Origin: Candidatus Ozemobacteraceae bacterium
GTDB lineage: Bacteria > Muiribacteriota > Ozemobacteria > Ozemobacterales > Ozemobacteraceae
DNA length: 45,965 nt
NCBI GenBank assembly: GCA_017998915.1
Contig: JAGOCE010000001.1
Location: 1 to 45,965, forward strand
Direction: 5' to 3'
The translations under genes and the position numbers were made by a program. The notes under the pieces are model-generated. The model saw only the letters and a program-made list of their open reading frames with translations, did no database searches and had not been told where the DNA came from. Below are positions 7,834 to 15,504 of the stretch, one piece after another; positions within the stretch are counted from its first letter, which is position 1, and each line of letters starts with the position of its first letter.

Positions 7834-9659
7834 GCTGCCGTGTTCCCGTCATCCGCATATAGGTAGCCCAGGAACTGCCTGTCTGACCGTGCGAGCGTTT
7901 CCACGGCATTCTTGGCCTGGTCCGAGGTTTCCAGGCGGGATACCAGGACGAACCCGTCGAATGCCGATGTGAGGCTTACCATCAGATCGGGAGAGTCTTC
8001 GACGTTTCCGAGATCAGCGAACAGATACTGTGCCGATTCACGGGGAAAATTCTCGAACCACAGCTTCCAGGGGGCTGATTCGATGGCTTTTTCCGGACAT
8101 GGCGGCAAGGGGCCGGCGGGAACGACGACGGCATGCCCAGTTTCGTCCGAATTCCCGTGACTGATCTGTGCCGGTATGGCGTTTGAGGCGAGCCAGTTGA
8201 CGGTCCCGGAAGCCCAGGGGAGCCACCAGAGCTTGTGCTGAGTCGGACTCTTCCAGTGCAGATCGATCAGGAGAGGTCGCTTCTGATCGTTGGCGAAGGC
8301 TGCGGCCATAAGGGCGGCGGCGAGGGACGTGCCACAGCCCCGATGAGATCCGACGAAGGCGATCGTGCGGCATTCATTCTCATCGGCCTTCCTGGCAAGA
8401 TCGGCGGCGATTTTTGTCAGGATGAGCGCTTCGCGGGGTGATGTCGCTGCGAACGAAAGGGGCCGGAGCATGTCCGTGGCCGTTTCACTCGGTAGGGCGG
8501 GAATGGTGCCGATGACGGGAGGCTGATCGCTGAGAATCGAGCCTTGCGACCGGCCCTTTCTCCTGCGGAGCACGAACCAGACGATGAGCGGCCCGGAAAG
8601 CAGGCCGAGCGGTTGTGCCGAGAACCATGCATCCAGGATCCGCGACGGGAACGCGCGCGACTGGTGTGAGAGATCGAGTTTGCCGTATCCCGATTTGAAC
8701 AGGCTTGAAAGCGCCCTGTTCTGCTCGAGAAGGTGCGCAAGCTCGGTTCTCTTCTGCTGTAGCCCGGTCTGGGTCATTGCGACACTGCGCCGACGGGCGT
8801 CGACCTGTTGCTTCGACTGGGCGATCAGCTCGATCTCCTGCTGAATCCGGGTGATTTCGGATTTCAGACGTCTGAGCGCCACGGCATCAGCCTGGGCTGT
8901 GGTGGCGGCTGGATTCCGCACGGAGGGCGTGCGCGTGGGCACGGGGACACGGACCAGGGTGGGTGCATCGCGACCTTCACCTTCGCACGGGCGTACTCGT
9001 ATCTGGGTGCGAGCCTTCGCCGGGGCGGGACGGTGGGGGGGCTTTCGCGTGGCTGATTTCAGGTGGGCGGCTTCGGCTTCGATCACGGCGAGCTCCCGGC
9101 GGAGATTTTCAGCGGCGAGAGTGAGATTCTGGGACATCTCATCGAGCTTCTCGAGTTGGGATTCGTCCGAAAGCGGATCCTCGTCGGGCGAGGAAAAGTT
9201 TCGGTCAGCCTCGAGAAGTTCGATTTCATGCGCCAGTTTGAGGCCGATGCTCGCGAACAGTTCGCTTCTGGTGGCTTCCAGGGCGTTGGTGAGATGTGAG
9301 ATGAGGATGTCCGACCGCTCCGCGACCGAGGACGCGAACGGGGCCGTCAGCGTCAGAAAAAGCCCCGTCGATGGCGAGGAAATGTAGGCGATGTTCCAGC
9401 GGTGTCCGGTCCGGTCCGATTCCTCTTTCAGGATCGGTGTGGCGACCGCGCGATAGGCTGCCAGGATGCCGGTCGTCTCGAGGGTGGGGTAGGGGAGCGT
9501 CGCCTCCGTGTCGTGATCAATAATTATTGGTATAGAAATTTGCCACCTGGCAAGAGGGACGGCAAAACCCCAGACGAAATAAATAATAATAGATATTATA
9601 GCGGCGGCAACGGCGGCTCGTCGTGGGATCGCTCTCAGGAGGGTTCGAAGCTTCTGCAC
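7830..9659 (-). CDS. Wzc/GumC-like polysaccharide co-polymerase-type protein with a degenerate C-terminal P-loop domain
   Basis: GTG start. Architecture: TM1 (AAIISIIIYFVWGF), long coiled-coil region, TM2 (LSGPLIVWFVL), then a MinD/ParA-like domain. The Walker A position reads GSHRGCGTS (8325-8351), which lacks the canonical Lys. Confidence 0.7.
   Translation of the reverse strand: MQKLRTLLRAIPRRAAVAAAIISIIIYFVWGFAVPLARWQISIPIIIDHDTEATLPYPTLETTGILAAYRAVATPILKEESDRTGHRWNIAYISSPSTGLFLTLTAPFASSVAERSDILISHLTNALEATRSELFASIGLKLAHEIELLEADRNFSSPDEDPLSDESQLEKLDEMSQNLTLAAENLRRELAVIEAEAAHLKSATRKPPHRPAPAKARTQIRVRPCEGEGRDAPTLVRVPVPTRTPSVRNPAATTAQADAVALRRLKSEITRIQQEIELIAQSKQQVDARRRSVAMTQTGLQQKRTELAHLLEQNRALSSLFKSGYGKLDLSHQSRAFPSRILDAWFSAQPLGLLSGPLIVWFVLRRRKGRSQGSILSDQPPVIGTIPALPSETATDMLRPLSFAATSPREALILTKIAADLARKADENECRTIAFVGSHRGCGTSLAAALMAAAFANDQKRPLLIDLHWKSPTQHKLWWLPWASGTVNWLASNAIPAQISHGNSDETGHAVVVPAGPLPPCPEKAIESAPWKLWFENFPRESAQYLFADLGNVEDSPDLMVSLTSAFDGFVLVSRLETSDQAKNAVETLARSDRQFLGYLYADDGNTAA
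9516..9602 (-). other. pair of AT-rich synonymous-codon patches in the first TM region of the Wzc-like gene
   Basis: 9579-9602 reads GCT ATA ATA TCT ATT ATT ATT TAT (8 codons). 9516-9542 reads CAA ATT TCT ATA CCA ATA ATT ATT GAT (9 codons). Both runs are entirely A/T-ending. Confidence 0.8.
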
Positions 9660-9676
9660 GTGAGAAATGACCGTCC

Positions 9677-10726
9677 TTACCGGGCCGATGTATTGCGGCG
9701 CAGCTGCTCGAACCGGGGAGTGCCGACGATGAAGGACGCGAGGGTCTTGATCGTCGTGCCGTCACCAGCCCTGAAATCCGCGTTTGCCCCGTGGGAGAGG
9801 AACAGCGTGAGGATGTCGTCGAACAACTTCGTCAGGTCTTTCGCGCGGGTGCGGGTCATCGACAGTTCCCAGTAGGCCTGACGTCCTGCTAACAGCAGTG
9901 GCGTGCTTCCGTCGCGGTCGAGTGGGTCGGTGTGGGCGCCGCTCTCGAGCAAGAGCTTCACACCTTCGGGCCAGAGAAAATGCGCTGCCAGGTGGAGTGG
10001 CGTCCGACCCTGGCTGGTCTGGGCCGCTGTTGAAGCACCGGCGGCGATCAGGTGACGGACGAGAATGTCGTGCCGGCGTCGGACAGCCGCGTGCAGGGCC
10101 GTTTCACCGGAATCATCCGCTCGTGAAAGGTCCGCGCCGGCCGAGGCGAGCATAAAGGCGGCGCCGGTTTTTCCCTGCCGGACCGCCTCGATCAGCGGCG
10201 TTGCCCCGCTGTTTTCCCGGGCATCGACCGAAGCCCCGTGGGCGAGAAGGACACGGATCGTCGGAACGGAGCCGCAGATGCTTGCAAGATGAAGAGGCGT
10301 AGCGCCGAACGAGTCGGTCACCGCCGCCGACGCCCCATGATCCAGCAGATACTCGGACATCGAGGCGAGGCCGCGCAGCGCCGCCATGTGCAACGGCGTC
10401 ATACCCCTCGACGTGCGGCCGGAAATGTCGGCACCGTGAGCGAGAAGAAGTTTTGCGACATCGAGATGCCCCATCCGGGCAGCCCAGTGAAGCGGTGCCA
10501 TCGCGTATCCGTCGGGGGTCGTGCCGTAGGGCGTCAGGGAGTTCGCTTCGCTCGCATTCCGGGCGAGAATTTCCCGGATGCGATCGATATCGGCGAGCTT
10601 CGCCGCCTCATGAATGTCACCAGCCGATGCCGAAAGCCCGCAGAAAAACAGGACAGCAAGCACCGCGGCCGGGATTGCCCGGCGGAACGTCGACAAGACT
10701 TGCTTTTCCATAGTAGGTGAATCCAT
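9677..10726 (-). CDS. secreted ankyrin-repeat protein
   Basis: The track ORF 9677..11524 is over-extended. The plausible start is the ATG at 10726 (MDSPTMEKQ...; alternative at 10711), followed by the signal peptide AAVLAVLFFCGLSASAGD. At least six ankyrin repeats are present (TPLHWAARMGHLDVAKLLLAHGAD, TPLHMAALRG, TPLHLASICG, TALHAAVRRRH, TPLHLAAHF...). Confidence 0.85.
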   Translation of the reverse strand: MDSPTMEKQVLSTFRRAIPAAVLAVLFFCGLSASAGDIHEAAKLADIDRIREILARNASEANSLTPYGTTPDGYAMAPLHWAARMGHLDVAKLLLAHGADISGRTSRGMTPLHMAALRGLASMSEYLLDHGASAAVTDSFGATPLHLASICGSVPTIRVLLAHGASVDARENSGATPLIEAVRQGKTGAAFMLASAGADLSRADDSGETALHAAVRRRHDILVRHLIAAGASTAAQTSQGRTPLHLAAHFLWPEGVKLLLESGAHTDPLDRDGSTPLLLAGRQAYWELSMTRTRAKDLTKLFDDILTLFLSHGANADFRAGDGTTIKTLASFIVGTPRFEQLRRNTSAR

Positions 10727-10749
10727 GATATGAATGGTGAAGTCGCTTC

Positions 10750-10782
10750 TCTCAGAATACCATAACGGGAGGTTCTCAGAAT
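10750..10782. promoter_or_regulatory. direct repeat TCTCAGAAT x2 in a divergent promoter region
   Basis: TCTCAGAAT occurs at 10750-10758 and 10774-10782 (24-nt register) in the 87-bp region between the divergent ankyrin and deacetylase genes. CAGAAT is also the -10 candidate at 568-573. Confidence 0.25.
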
Positions 10783-10813
10783 CGGACGGGAAAATGCCGA
10801 TACATTTTCTGCT

Positions 10814-11830
10814 ATGAACAAGATGACCGAATGCGCCCTGCGCGTTGTAACGATGTGTTCTGCTCTCCTGTTTCTCGGAACGACCGACCTCAAAGCCGTT
10901 CCCGCGACCGGCACAGGAGTTGCCTCGCGGGTCGAGTTCGCAATGGCCGCGGCGTCTCCGGTGAATACCCCCACGGAAGCCGGGCTGCCGACCGAGGGCA
11001 ACAGCGTGTTCTACAACAGGAAATTCATCGCCTCGACGATGGGCCGCAACCGGCAGTTTTTGCTGACATTCGATGATGGTCCGAACCCGAATACGACCCC
11101 CTACATACTCGACACCCTGAAAAAGCACGATCTGAAAGCGGTCTTTTTCGTCGTGGGGACGAACGTCAGAAAATATCCCGAGATTCTTCGCCGCATTCAT
11201 GCTGAAGGACACGTGATCGGAAACCATACCGCCCACCATGCAAACCTTGCACATGCGACCGCGGCCAAGACACTCGACGAGATACGCCAGCTCAACACCC
11301 TCGTGGAAAAGATCACGGGAACGAGGCCCCGCGTGTTCCGACCTCCCTATGGCGCCCTGAACCAGAACGTTCTTCAGGCCGTCAGGCAGGAAGGAATGGA
11401 TGTGATGCTCTGGTCCGTCGATCCCTACGACTGGCGGAACCGGAGCATGGCGCGCACCTGCGAAAACGTGAAGCGCCAGCTCCACCTCGGAAACGGCACG
11501 CGCGGAGGCATCGTGCTGATGCATGACACGCTGCCGAGCACCGTGGCGGCCCTCGACCCGCTGCTGGTCGCGTTCGCCGACAATGGCCTGATGCCGGCTG
11601 CCTACGGCGGTCCGATCACGGGACGCGGATACTGGGCCGCCAAATCCCCCGTCGCCCTTCCCTGGATCCCCGAACTTCCCCCGCTCGATCTCGCCAAGCT
11701 CGATCGGCCGATCCTGGCCACGCTCATCAAGCCCAGGCAGGACGACTTCTCCTGGACGGCGGTATCGCTGCTGAAAGCCCGCAGGACCGGGACCCTGTTC
11801 GAGTCGATGCTCTGTCGGGCGTTTCCCTGA
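10814..11830 (+). CDS. polysaccharide deacetylase (NodB homology domain, CE4 family)
   Basis: N-terminal signal peptide. NodB motifs LTFDDGP, HVIGNHTAHH, RPPYGA and LMHD are present. Confidence 0.9.
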   Translation: MNKMTECALRVVTMCSALLFLGTTDLKAVPATGTGVASRVEFAMAAASPVNTPTEAGLPTEGNSVFYNRKFIASTMGRNRQFLLTFDDGPNPNTTPYILDTLKKHDLKAVFFVVGTNVRKYPEILRRIHAEGHVIGNHTAHHANLAHATAAKTLDEIRQLNTLVEKITGTRPRVFRPPYGALNQNVLQAVRQEGMDVMLWSVDPYDWRNRSMARTCENVKRQLHLGNGTRGGIVLMHDTLPSTVAALDPLLVAFADNGLMPAAYGGPITGRGYWAAKSPVALPWIPELPPLDLAKLDRPILATLIKPRQDDFSWTAVSLLKARRTGTLFESMLCRAFP

Positions 11831-11832
11831 TC

Positions 11833-12753
11833 TCAGCGGGGCGTCCAGGCCTTGCCGGCCCGGTCGAGGATGAACGTCCGGTCATAGACTTCGTCGTCGT
11901 TTGACGCGACCTCGCGGGTCACCGTGCCGTTCTTCCAGGTCCATTTTTCGTCCCACTTGTCGTCGCGGTCGAGATCGACCTTTACGCGGTTCACCTGCGA
12001 TTCGCCGGCGTCTTTGTACAGGTTCACCTTCCAGGTGCGCCCCTTCGCCGCATCCTTGACCTTGTCGCCGGAAATATTCGCCGCGGCCACGGCAAGAATG
12101 TCCGTATCCATCGGCCTCAGGGCGAGTCCGTCGGTGGGTTTCGCGGGAACGCCGGGAGCCGCTTCGGCGATGGTCGGAGCCGGGCCGGACGCGGGTTTCA
12201 CCGACGACCAGGCGTTCAGGTTCACGTCATACCAGGTTTGGATCGTATACTGCTCGTCGTCCGCCGGAGCGACCTGCCGCTGGAGTCCTTCCGGGTCCCA
12301 GGACCATTTCTCGTCCCACGTGTCGTCGCGGTCGAGATCGATTTTCACGCGATTCACCTTCGCCTGGCCAGGATCTTTGAAAAGGTTCACTTTCCACGGC
12401 CGGCCTCGGATGGCGTCCTTGACCTTGTCGCCGGAGATGTTCGCCGCTGCCGCTGCGAGAATCTCCACGTCCATGGGCCGCACCGCGACGAAGCCGGCCG
12501 GGAGCTTCGCGTCAGGGTTCGTCGTGGTGGCCGGAGCGGCTGGTGCTGTGACCTGCGTCGGAGCGGGAACGGCTGCCGATGTTTCCCGTTGGCGCTGTGC
12601 CTGCCGAAACCGCTCGAGATCTTCGTTTACGCGGCGGAGCGCCTGCTCCTGCCGTTCGGACTGGGCCTGATACTGTTGGAACGCGTAGAAACTGCCGCCT
12701 GCGGTGCCGAGCAGGCCGAGGATGACGAGGGCGCGGAACGTCTTGTATCTCAT
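11833..12753 (-). CDS. membrane-anchored protein with coiled-coil segment and a tandemly duplicated ~92-aa W/K/D-rich domain
   Basis: 306-aa ORF. The ATG shares ATGA with the stop of the upstream radical SAM gene (12753-12750). It has an N-terminal TM helix (ALVILGLLGTAGGSFYAF), a Q/R/E-rich helix, a Pro/Ala/Thr linker, then two repeats each containing DLDRDD(T/K)WDEKW(S/T)W. Confidence 0.8.
   Translation of the reverse strand: MRYKTFRALVILGLLGTAGGSFYAFQQYQAQSERQEQALRRVNEDLERFRQAQRQRETSAAVPAPTQVTAPAAPATTTNPDAKLPAGFVAVRPMDVEILAAAAANISGDKVKDAIRGRPWKVNLFKDPGQAKVNRVKIDLDRDDTWDEKWSWDPEGLQRQVAPADDEQYTIQTWYDVNLNAWSSVKPASGPAPTIAEAAPGVPAKPTDGLALRPMDTDILAVAAANISGDKVKDAAKGRTWKVNLYKDAGESQVNRVKVDLDRDDKWDEKWTWKNGTVTREVASNDDEVYDRTFILDRAGKAWTPR
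11842..12117 (-). repeat. intragenic domain repeat, copy 2 (aa 213-304)
   Basis: RPMDTDILAVAAANISGDKVKDAAKGRTWKVNLYKDAGESQVNRVKVDLDRDDKWDEKWTW... By hand alignment, 47 of the first 61 residues are identical to copy 1. Confidence 0.85.
12205..12480 (-). repeat. intragenic domain repeat, copy 1 (aa 92-183)
   Basis: RPMDVEILAAAAANISGDKVKDAIRGRPWKVNLFKDPGQAKVNRVKIDLDRDDTWDEKWSW... The two copies are separated by a Pro/Ala-rich linker. Confidence 0.85.
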
Positions 12754-13649
12754 ATTTCCGACTCCGATGACAGAGAATGCTCCGTCGGCATCATGCCGCG
12801 GGCGATGGGAACGGTGCAGTTGCAGTAGTCATACAGGCAGGGGCGCGGCGCGTCGTTCAACGTGAACCGTTCGCCGGTGAAGTCGCCGAGCGACTCCATC
12901 TTGTATCGGCGGGCCGGGTAACAGCGCCAGGCTCCGCCCAGGTCGTCGAGGATGAAGGCGCGTGAGCCGGCCCAGCAGGGCCGTCCCTTGAACGAGTGTT
13001 GTATATCGCCTGTCATATTATGGCCGCCGAGCGCGAGAATGGAGGCACGTTCGGCCTCGGTATACTCGATGACGTCGCGATTCTGCTTCTCCGGCTGGAT
13101 CTTGAACGAGATGCCCATGTTACCGAAACGGGCGGCCAGCCCCGGAAGATGCGGCAGGGCCGCGCGCGTGGCGACGGAGGTCACGCACAGATGCGGCCGG
13201 GGAAGCCCGGGAACGGCGTCTTGCGGGAGGAGTTTCGCGAGCCAGCAGGCGCGATCGACGAACTCGTCGAGCTTCGTCGTGTCGTTCACGTGCTCGAGGT
13301 GCAGGGAACAGGCGAACACGCTGATGCGGCCCTTCGCCGCCGTGACGAAGGCGGCGAGCCTGTCGCGTGGTGCCGTGAAGTTCGTCACGACCGAGATGCG
13401 GTGGCCGAGGCACGCAATGGTCGAAACGATGTCGTCGAGCTCCGGGTGCATGAAGGGCTCGCCTCCCGAGAGCTTGATCTCCCACCGGCCGGGCAGGCGG
13501 GAGAACCCCGGGGTGAACGCTTCCGCGGGGCGGGGAGGACGGCCCCGGTCACGTTTGTGGCGCTGGGTGCAGTAGGAGCAGTGCAGATTGCAAACCGTCG
13601 TCATGTTCCAGCTGACGACGCCCTCCGGCGGCCGCGGCGTTGCGTTCAT
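12750..13649 (-). CDS. radical SAM enzyme (paralogue A), function unknown
   Basis: The start I favour is the ATG at 13649, which shares ATGA with the upstream stop (13649-13646); the track ORF extends to 13724. CNLHCSYC lies at 13569-13592. Other motifs: KLSGGEPFMHP and the C-terminal Cys signature CLYDYCNCTVPIARGMM. Confidence 0.85.
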   Translation of the reverse strand: MNATPRPPEGVVSWNMTTVCNLHCSYCTQRHKRDRGRPPRPAEAFTPGFSRLPGRWEIKLSGGEPFMHPELDDIVSTIACLGHRISVVTNFTAPRDRLAAFVTAAKGRISVFACSLHLEHVNDTTKLDEFVDRACWLAKLLPQDAVPGLPRPHLCVTSVATRAALPHLPGLAARFGNMGISFKIQPEKQNRDVIEYTEAERASILALGGHNMTGDIQHSFKGRPCWAGSRAFILDDLGGAWRCYPARRYKMESLGDFTGERFTLNDAPRPCLYDYCNCTVPIARGMMPTEHSLSSESEI

Positions 13650-14506
13650 GCGCCTGTCCCTCCGGCGGGGAGGCCCTCGATCATGCCGCGGTTGGCCGGA
13701 ACGGTGCAGGGACAGATATCCCACGGGCAGACGCGGGGCTCGGGGAACGGCCGGAAATCGCCTGTGACGGCGTTGCCCAGATGCCCCGTCTCGTTGCGCC
13801 GCGCGGTCCTGCAGCTCCAGACGTCGCCGGACTGCGTGACGACGAAATACTCGATGCCCGCATGACAGCGGCGACCGCGGTAACTCGGCGCGAGGTTCGC
13901 CTCGCGCGGCGTGGGCGCGTGCCCGAGAAGCTCCGCCAGCAGGGGTTTCTCGTCTTCCGCATAGGCTGCGATCCCGTGTTTTGTCTTCATGACCTGCGGG
14001 AAGAAGCGCAGCCCCGCCGCCTTCACCATCTCCGCGGCGCGAGCGATCGTTTCGAGCCGGCCGGGAACCAGCACCGAATTCACGACGAGCCGGGCGTCGG
14101 ACGTGAGCTGGCTCCTGAGATGGAGGGCCCGGTCGATGAAGGCTGCGGGCGTGACGCGTTCGAGGTGCATCGATGCCGAAACGATCCCGATCCGGCCTGC
14201 GGCGCGCCGGGCGAAACGTTCCAGGTCGCCCTTTTCCGCCGACAGGTTCGTGAGGACCGAGAGCAGGTGCGGCGTGCCCGAAACCAGGCCCGGGATGATC
14301 CGGTCGAGGAACAGCGGATGGGTGAACGGCTCGCCGCCGCTCATTTTGATCTCATACCGCATCGGCAGCTTCGCGTAGAACCGGAGGATCGCGGCGATCG
14401 CGTTCGCATCCGGCACGCCGACGCGATGCTTCGGGTTTTGAATACAATAGCTGCAATTATAATTGCACGAGCCGAGCACCTGCCACTCAATCGTCGGCTG
14501 TCTCAT
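13646..14506 (-). CDS. radical SAM enzyme (paralogue B), function unknown
   Basis: The start I favour is the ATG at 14506, which shares ATGA with the upstream stop (14506-14503); the track ORF extends to 14872. CNYNCSYC lies at 14444-14467. Other motifs: KMSGGEPFTHP and the C-terminal CPWDICPCTVPANRGMI. Clearly paralogous to the gene at 12750..13649. Confidence 0.85.
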   Translation of the reverse strand: MRQPTIEWQVLGSCNYNCSYCIQNPKHRVGVPDANAIAAILRFYAKLPMRYEIKMSGGEPFTHPLFLDRIIPGLVSGTPHLLSVLTNLSAEKGDLERFARRAAGRIGIVSASMHLERVTPAAFIDRALHLRSQLTSDARLVVNSVLVPGRLETIARAAEMVKAAGLRFFPQVMKTKHGIAAYAEDEKPLLAELLGHAPTPREANLAPSYRGRRCHAGIEYFVVTQSGDVWSCRTARRNETGHLGNAVTGDFRPFPEPRVCPWDICPCTVPANRGMIEGLPAGGTGA

Positions 14507-15504
14507 GCGGCGTTTTCCGCCCGACGGAGCTTCGCGGCCAGTTTTGCGTTCTGCTCGAACTTTCCGCACCGCGTGCATCCGGGAAAATACTCTCCCCGAG
14601 CGAGCCTCCCGCGCATCGCGTTCCAGTCGGAACCGTGCCAGAGGGAAGAAAAACGTGTTCCATCGCCGAGCCTGCCGATCGCGGTCTCGGTGTTGCAACA
14701 GAAATAGACCGTGCCGTCGACGGCGATCCGCGCGTACCGGTCGCCCATGTGACACCCGACCTCGGCGATGGGGGCCGTCGCGGACCCGCCCGCCAGCACC
14801 TGCGCCCGGAGCGTGGCCAGGTTGTGCCTGACGCTGCGGCGCTCGGCGCGGGCGGAGGCTTCGGGGATCCATTCGTCCAGCAGGCGCCGCCGCTGTTCGT
14901 CCGTGACGCGCACGGCTTCGGTGCCGCGTCCGAGACTCGCGAGTTTGAAATTCACCCGCTCGGCGTCATAGACGGCGGCCAGATCGATCATGTCGCCGAT
15001 CCGATCTGCGTTCAGGGAGCAGACGACCTGGACGTGCCTGTCGCGGCATCCGGCGTCTCGCCTGGCGGCGAGTCGCCTCGTGAGCCTCGCCCAGGAATCC
15101 GTGGCTGAGGAGGGGTGAAAGGCACGGTAACCCGCTTCGTCGGCGGAGTGTATACCTATAAGAATAGTATCGACGCCGTCGGCCGGGAGACGGTCGGCGG
15201 CGTCGGCGAGAAGATTGGAGATCAGCGTCACGTCGAGATTCATCGCCTTCAGGCCGGCGAGAAGTTCGATCGCGCGGGGATGGGTGAGAGGTTCGCCCAT
15301 GCCCGAAACGATGACGCTCGAGAGACGTCCCAGGGAGGCGGCTTCCGCGACCGTCGTCAGCAGGGAATCGACGTTGGCCCGCAGGCTCTTCCAGGCTGGC
15401 GTGCGCGGGGATGCCAGGAGCGGGGAATGGTCCCAGCAGGTCACGCAGTCGGTGTTGCAGGCGTTCGTGATGTCGAGATGCAGGGTCACGGGGCCTTGCG
15501 TCAC
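14503..15504 (-). CDS. radical SAM enzyme with SPASM/twitch-like C-terminal Cys-rich domain
   Basis: The start I favour is the GTG at 15504, which shares GTGA with the glycosyltransferase stop (15504-15501); the track ORF extends to 15642. CNTDCVTC lies at 15436-15459. Other motifs: SGMGEPLTHP and the C-terminal GCHMGDRYARIAVDGTVYFCC...FPGCTRCG. Confidence 0.85.
   Translation of the reverse strand: MTQGPVTLHLDITNACNTDCVTCWDHSPLLASPRTPAWKSLRANVDSLLTTVAEAASLGRLSSVIVSGMGEPLTHPRAIELLAGLKAMNLDVTLISNLLADAADRLPADGVDTILIGIHSADEAGYRAFHPSSATDSWARLTRRLAARRDAGCRDRHVQVVCSLNADRIGDMIDLAAVYDAERVNFKLASLGRGTEAVRVTDEQRRRLLDEWIPEASARAERRSVRHNLATLRAQVLAGGSATAPIAEVGCHMGDRYARIAVDGTVYFCCNTETAIGRLGDGTRFSSLWHGSDWNAMRGRLARGEYFPGCTRCGKFEQNAKLAAKLRRAENAA

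Noticed and set aside
10727-11524. N-terminal 266-aa extension of the ankyrin ORF (track ORF 9677..11524).
   Set aside because: The extension is antisense to the NodB deacetylase gene, has no motifs, and would bury the obvious signal peptide that follows the internal ATG at 10726.
13646-14506. Viperin-like assignment for the radical SAM paralogues (CNYNCSYC resembles viperin CNYKCGFC, similar ~290-aa size, SGGEPF box), which would imply an antiviral nucleotide-modifying system.
   Set aside because: Both paralogues carry a C-terminal CxxDxCxC cluster suggestive of an auxiliary Fe-S site that viperins lack. No nucleotide kinase is adjacent, and the tight coupling to a glycosyltransferase and a SPASM enzyme argues for a different chemistry. 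This cannot be excluded without an HMM search.
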